Sequence record: AB841354.1
Length of the DNA stretch: 935 nucleotides
Reading direction: 5' to 3' (one strand)
Source: a phage
The position numbers were made by a program, and so were the translations under genes. The number at the start of each line of letters is the position of its first letter. Within the stretch, counting starts at the first letter, position 1. Below are positions 1 to 935 of the stretch, one piece after another. Below the pieces are notes generated by a model. That model saw nothing but the letters and a program-made list of their open reading frames with translations, was not told the DNA's origin and did no database searches.

Positions 1-752
1 TGACCGTAGTCGTAGCATCTGCCGGAATAGTTCGATTGAATTTGTTTTAGCGCCGGATACAGTTCGCGGAATAATGCCTGTGAGCGGTTGGCATAATCCC
101 ATAACCATACAAGGCTGTTTGCTTCTTTTGCAGAAAGCTCGTTTGCTTTCTTCTCTTGTTTGCCGATTAACTCGCCTTCAAGCACTACCCTGTGGATGTA
201 CTCTACGGCTTGCGGTATCTGAGATGCATCAAGCTCTTCAATACTTTCCACATTGAAACGCTGATGAATCATTGCATAAGCTTCTGGGTACATTAGATGC
301 TTTTTGCTGACTAGCATATTTACAGCATCACGAAGCGGAGTCCTGTCATCAACAGATGTTTTCTTACGTGCATTTCCTGCCTTTCCCTTTGTCCAGTAGT
401 CATGCAGTACAGTAAAGCATTCTTCCTGGTACTGAATCAGTTTATCGCGGATGTCAGCTCGAACTTTCTCAGGGTTGATGCTGAACAGCCATCCATTTAA
501 CTTCTTCAAAGGAAGGCAGAGTAGCTTACGAAGCTTCCCATCAGCGGCAACCATATTCATATGAATACAGTTGAACTTATCTAGTTGTTTCATAAGTTTT
601 TGTTGCTGAGTACCCCAACTCATTCCAAGGTTTTCAACGATTGGCTTCATCGCAACGTATGCAACTCCGGCAGCCATGGCGGTGATAATTTGCTGACCGT
701 TGAATGGTACGTAAGAGGTGTTCACTGCTTCTAAAATTGCTATACTATTCAT
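1..752 (-). CDS. Phage antirepressor-like protein (Ant-type), N-terminal 250 codons; 3' end of gene lies beyond the window start
   Basis: Seen in sequence: minus-strand frame is open from ATG (plus 752-750) through position 3 with no stop in 250 codons. The protein starts [105 protein letters not shown]... and is still open at ...[24 protein letters not shown] lies 10 nt upstream of the ATG, which is the first ATG after the in-frame stop at plus 831-833. Family assignment (P22 antirepressor N-terminal domain type, around the [18 protein letters not shown] segment) is from memory, not a search. Confidence is high for a real CDS, about 0.5 for the antirepressor function. Confidence 0.85.
   Translation of the reverse strand, partial: MNSIAILEAVNTSYVPFNGQQIITAMAAGVAYVAMKPIVENLGMSWGTQQQKLMKQLDKFNCIHMNMVAADGKLRKLLCLPLKKLNGWLFSINPEKVRADIRDKLIQYQEECFTVLHDYWTKGKAGNARKKTSVDDRTPLRDAVNMLVSKKHLMYPEAYAMIHQRFNVESIEELDASQIPQAVEYIHRVVLEGELIGKQEKKANELSAKEANSLVWLWDYANRSQALFRELYPALKQIQSNYSGRCYDYG
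738..746 (+). promoter_or_regulatory. Candidate extended -10 promoter (TGcTATACT) firing antisense to the antirepressor-like gene
   Basis: Seen in sequence: plus strand 738-746 is tgcTATACT, matching the extended -10 form TGnTATAAT at 5 of 6 hexamer positions plus the TG. There is no convincing -35 (gtgttc at 17-bp spacing), which extended -10 promoters can tolerate. Predicted start is near 753, immediately opposite the ant start codon. Sequence motif only; no expression evidence. Confidence 0.3.
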
Positions 753-762
753 GTTGGTTTTT

Positions 763-766
763 CTCC
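763..766 (-). promoter_or_regulatory. Shine-Dalgarno (GGAG) for the antirepressor-like CDS
   Basis: Seen in sequence: minus strand reads ccgtGGAGaaaaaccaacATG, with GGAG 10 nt upstream of the start codon at 752-750. The spacing is at the long end of the usual range. Confidence 0.55.
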
Positions 767-784
767 ACGGATTTACCGACAACC

Positions 785-825
785 GAAGCCCTGACTGTTC
801 CAGCAATTGGGGCTTCAACGTTTTT
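785..825 (+). terminator. Hairpin plus T-tract, candidate intrinsic terminator for a plus-strand antisense transcript
   Basis: Seen in sequence: gaagccc (785-791) and gggcttc (810-816) are perfect reverse complements, giving a 7-bp stem with 5 GC pairs and an 18-nt loop, followed by aacg then ttttt (821-825). It is non-canonical: the loop is large and a 4-nt spacer precedes the T-run. On the minus strand the same hairpin has no U-tract after it, so it is directional for the plus strand. Confidence 0.3.
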
Positions 826-935
826 CCACTTCATTTTGAATTTGCTTAAGTAGCATATTTGTCTCGTCAAGCCTCTTGTTAATACGGTCAAGGCTTTCTA
901 CTAAATCGTTATGTGCATGTAATACTTCGTAATTT
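815..935 (-). CDS. C-terminal 39 codons of a small upstream ORF, hypothetical protein; 5' end lies beyond the window end
   Basis: Seen in sequence: only one minus-strand frame is open from the window edge to a TGA stop (plus 817-815); the other two frames hit stops within about 10 codons. Translation is ...[38 protein letters not shown], helical and charged in character. It is co-oriented with the downstream gene and 62 bp from its start. No family recognised. A 39-codon open frame in AT-rich DNA has a non-trivial chance probability, hence the moderate confidence. Confidence 0.45.
   Translation of the reverse strand, partial: NYEVLHAHNDLVESLDRINKRLDETNMLLKQIQNEVEKR

Larger units (their letters stand above)
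753..826 (+). ncRNA. Candidate cis-antisense small RNA (sar-like) complementary to the ant RBS and the intergenic spacer
   Basis: Inference from two sequence motifs: the extended -10 at 738-746 and the hairpin/T-tract at 785-825 bracket a roughly 70-nt plus-strand transcript fully complementary to the SD and 5' UTR of the antirepressor-like gene. Established knowledge: P22 ant is controlled by sar, a small antisense RNA of about 68-69 nt complementary to the ant RBS region. No direct evidence of transcription. Confidence 0.25.

Noticed and set aside
74-256. Plus-strand 60-aa ORF from the supplied ORF track ([60 protein letters not shown])
   Set aside because: It lies entirely inside, and antisense to, the 250-codon minus-strand open frame. 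It has no convincing SD before its ATG and a Leu/Cys/Arg-rich low-complexity composition typical of the reverse frame of a real gene. Most likely a spurious shadow ORF.
785-817. Intrinsic terminator for the upstream minus-strand gene
   Set aside because: On the minus strand the hairpin is followed by gguugucgguaaau, with no U-tract, so it does not look like a rho-independent terminator in that direction. Read-through into the ant-like gene is more likely.
753-817. Dedicated sigma-70 promoter for the antirepressor-like gene in the 62-bp spacer
   Set aside because: Only weak partial matches (ttgaag, ttgtcg and gtaaat on the minus strand), none with a proper partner at 16-18 bp spacing. Co-transcription with the upstream ORF is the simpler explanation.
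1-891. 8-bp inverted repeat tgaccgta (1-8) and tacggtca (884-891) near the two window ends, which could suggest terminal inverted repeats of a mobile element
   Set aside because: Several 8-mer inverted matches are expected by chance in 935 bp. Both copies lie inside coding sequence, and there is no transposase or target-site duplication.
1-935. tRNA, rRNA, CRISPR repeats, or IS/transposon ends
   Set aside because: No repeated spacer-repeat periodicity, no cloverleaf-compatible segments and no transposase-like frames were seen. The window is almost fully occupied by the two minus-strand coding frames.

Overview
This 935-bp window is almost entirely coding on the minus strand; all translations were done by hand and no database search was run. 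Positions 752 down to 1 hold the first 250 codons of an uninterrupted ORF (ATG at 752-750, GGAG 10 nt upstream) whose product looks like a phage antirepressor of the P22 Ant type; this family assignment is from memory and needs confirmation. Upstream on the same strand, 935 down to 815 is the C-terminal end of a second small ORF, separated from the antirepressor-like gene by a 62-bp spacer. The most interesting signal is on the plus strand: an extended -10 element inside the first codons of the antirepressor-like gene, followed by a hairpin and T-tract, which together predict a roughly 70-nt antisense RNA covering the gene's ribosome-binding site, as the sar RNA does in the P22 immI region. 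The window is too short to show any larger system; the content is consistent with a prophage or phage secondary-immunity region.
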